Source: Elainellaceae cyanobacterium (GTDB taxonomy: Bacteria > Cyanobacteriota > Cyanobacteriia > CAZCXK01). From it: 64,000 nt of DNA. Below are positions 62,258 through 64,000 of the stretch, in pieces. Numbering within the stretch: position 1 is the stretch's first letter; each line of letters opens with the position of its first letter. The notes beneath the pieces were generated by a model that saw only the letters and a list, made by a program, of their open reading frames with translations, did no database searches and was not told where the DNA came from. The stretch spans positions 73,109 through 137,108 of the forward strand of contig JBNPEG010000021.1 in assembly GCA_051117555.1 (NCBI GenBank), in the 5' to 3' direction. Position numbers and translations under genes: made by a program.

Positions 62258-63880
62258 ATGGCATCATCTGCGATTCAAATAGCCTCCTATGCTATCGATT
62301 TTGGCACTAGCAATACAGTCGTGACTCGGTGGAATCCGGTCAGTCAGCAGCCAGAAACAGTAGCACTGCCAACTATTTCTCAGCGTTTAGGCGATAATCC
62401 CTCGTTGATTCCCAGTCTGATCTATGTTGAGAATGCACCTCAATCTGAGGTGATTATTGGACAAGCGGTGCGCGATCGCGGGTTAGATTTAGCAAGCGAT
62501 TCTCGGTTTTTTCGCAACATAAAACGCGGGATTGGTGCAGGTATACAAGGATTTCTGCCCGAAATTGACGGGCAGACCGTATCGTTTGAGCAAGTTGGAG
62601 AATGGTTTCTAAAAACCCTAATCCATCAGCTCCAGTCGGAAGCAGCCGATTTAAATTCGTTGATGTTTACTGTGCCGGTTGATAGTTTTGAAGCCTATCG
62701 TCACTGGCTCGGTACGGTGTGCCAATCTCTTCATGTGAATCAAATTCGCATGATTGACGAACCGACTGCTGCCGCACTCGGATATGGACTTGCAGACCAA
62801 GAACTTCTATTAGTGATTGATTTTGGTGGCGGGACGCTCGATTTTTCCCTCGTTCGTCTTGATGTCAATCAATCTACTGGGCAACAACCCCTTGGCTTTA
62901 TTCTCAAGTGGGGCCAAAAAATGATGGCAGAAGAATCGGCACAGCGTCCTAAGTTGGCCCGTGTTTTAGCAAAAACAGGTCAAAATTTGGGAGGAGCCGA
63001 CATCGATCACTGGCTGGTCGACTACTTCAATTCGACTCAGGGGCTAGCCAGTACGCCACTAACGCTGCGGTTGGCAGAGCGATTAAAGGTGCAGCTTTCA
63101 TCTCAGAAAACTGCCACTGAGGTTTATTTCAATGATGAAACTCTTGAAAGTTATGAGCTGAGTCTGACCCGCGATCGCTTCAATGCCATTCTGCAGGATC
63201 ATCAGTTTTTCGAACGATTAGATGATTCAATAGTGCAGTTACTCCGGCAAGCTCGACGGCAGGGCATCGAAGCCGCAGATATTGACGCCGTCTTACTGAT
63301 TGGGGGAACAGCCCAGATTCCTGCTGTACAAGGATGGGCGGGGCGATACTTTGATGCGAGCAAAATTCGCTCTGAAAAACCCTTTGAAGCGATCGCCCAG
63401 GGTGCGCTTCAGCTTAGCCAAGGCATTGAACTCAAAGATTTTCTCTACCACGGCTACGGAATCCGCTACTGGAACCGACGCAACAGATGCCATGATTGGC
63501 ATCCCATCATTCGGGAAGGGCAACCGTATCCGATGTCTGATCCCGTCGAACTCGTCTTGGGCGCATCGGTTGAAAAGCAGCCCAGCATTGAGCTTATCAT
63601 CGGCGAGTTGGGGGCCTCAGCCACCAGCACCGAGGTTTATTTTGATGGCGATCGCTTGGTTACACGCACTCTATCGGGCGGCCAAGCGCAGGTTAAGCCT
63701 CTCAATGACCAAAACGGCGCCCGCAGTATTGCCACACTTAACCCACCTGGTATACCGGGGAGCGATCGCATCAAACTACTGTTTTGGGTAGATGAGGAAC
63801 GGTTCTTGCGGGTAACAGTCGAAGATTTGCTAACCAATCGATATCTGTTAGAGCAGCAAGTCGTTGTTCAGCTTAGCTAA
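62258..63880 (+). CDS. Hsp70-family protein (non-canonical, not DnaK proper)
   Basis: AIDFGTSNT, DEPTAAALGY, IDFGGGTLD, LGGADID, LLIGGTAQIP; short divergent C-terminal domain. Start uncertain (62198 or 62258). Confidence 0.88.
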   Translation: MASSAIQIASYAIDFGTSNTVVTRWNPVSQQPETVALPTISQRLGDNPSLIPSLIYVENAPQSEVIIGQAVRDRGLDLASDSRFFRNIKRGIGAGIQGFLPEIDGQTVSFEQVGEWFLKTLIHQLQSEAADLNSLMFTVPVDSFEAYRHWLGTVCQSLHVNQIRMIDEPTAAALGYGLADQELLLVIDFGGGTLDFSLVRLDVNQSTGQQPLGFILKWGQKMMAEESAQRPKLARVLAKTGQNLGGADIDHWLVDYFNSTQGLASTPLTLRLAERLKVQLSSQKTATEVYFNDETLESYELSLTRDRFNAILQDHQFFERLDDSIVQLLRQARRQGIEAADIDAVLLIGGTAQIPAVQGWAGRYFDASKIRSEKPFEAIAQGALQLSQGIELKDFLYHGYGIRYWNRRNRCHDWHPIIREGQPYPMSDPVELVLGASVEKQPSIELIIGELGASATSTEVYFDGDRLVTRTLSGGQAQVKPLNDQNGARSIATLNPPGIPGSDRIKLLFWVDEERFLRVTVEDLLTNRYLLEQQVVVQLS

Positions 63881-64000
63881 ATATCTAAATGTAGCAATTT
63901 GTAATTGCATCACGTCTAGAAACGGTGGTATGGGGCGTGACGCATGCCCCATCACGGTATATCCTCCTCATCAAATTGAGTAATTGGGAATTAAAACTTG

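Overview
This is a core-chromosome window from a cyanobacterium, shown by dense HIP1 sites (GCGATCGC, often extended to GGCGATCGCC) and cyanobacterial gene families. The organism is probably filamentous, because it carries a PatX-like RGSGR peptide gene. Most of the window is housekeeping: a 5' part of pheT, an spkB-like kinase, rimP-nusA-ylxR-infB, an RNase D-like gene, uvrA, gatB, ffh-rpsP-khpA-rpsU-phoH, uvrC, argF, rsmI, a non-canonical phosphoribulokinase-family gene, hemH with a CAB tail, a tyrosine recombinase, rplS-trnW-secE-nusG-rplK-rplA-rplJ-rplL, dusB, tamB, murQ and an Hsp70-family gene. RNA genes are tRNA-Arg(UCU), tRNA-His(GUG), tRNA-Trp(CCA) and a probable 6S RNA. There are also several leader/attenuator elements and MITE/REP-like repeats. 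I saw no CRISPR array, prophage or intact transposase. The most notable unexplained structures are: (1) a tandem pair of apparent ~50-nt sRNA genes between gatB and ffh, each behind the same palindromic operator at identical spacing to a CATAAT -10 box; (2) a patX-like gene with a TCCGGA (DIF1-type) promoter, facing a catalytically dead kinase-TM-TPR protein tail to tail; (3) a protein resembling a voltage sensor with no pore domain. All calls were made by eye, with no database searches.
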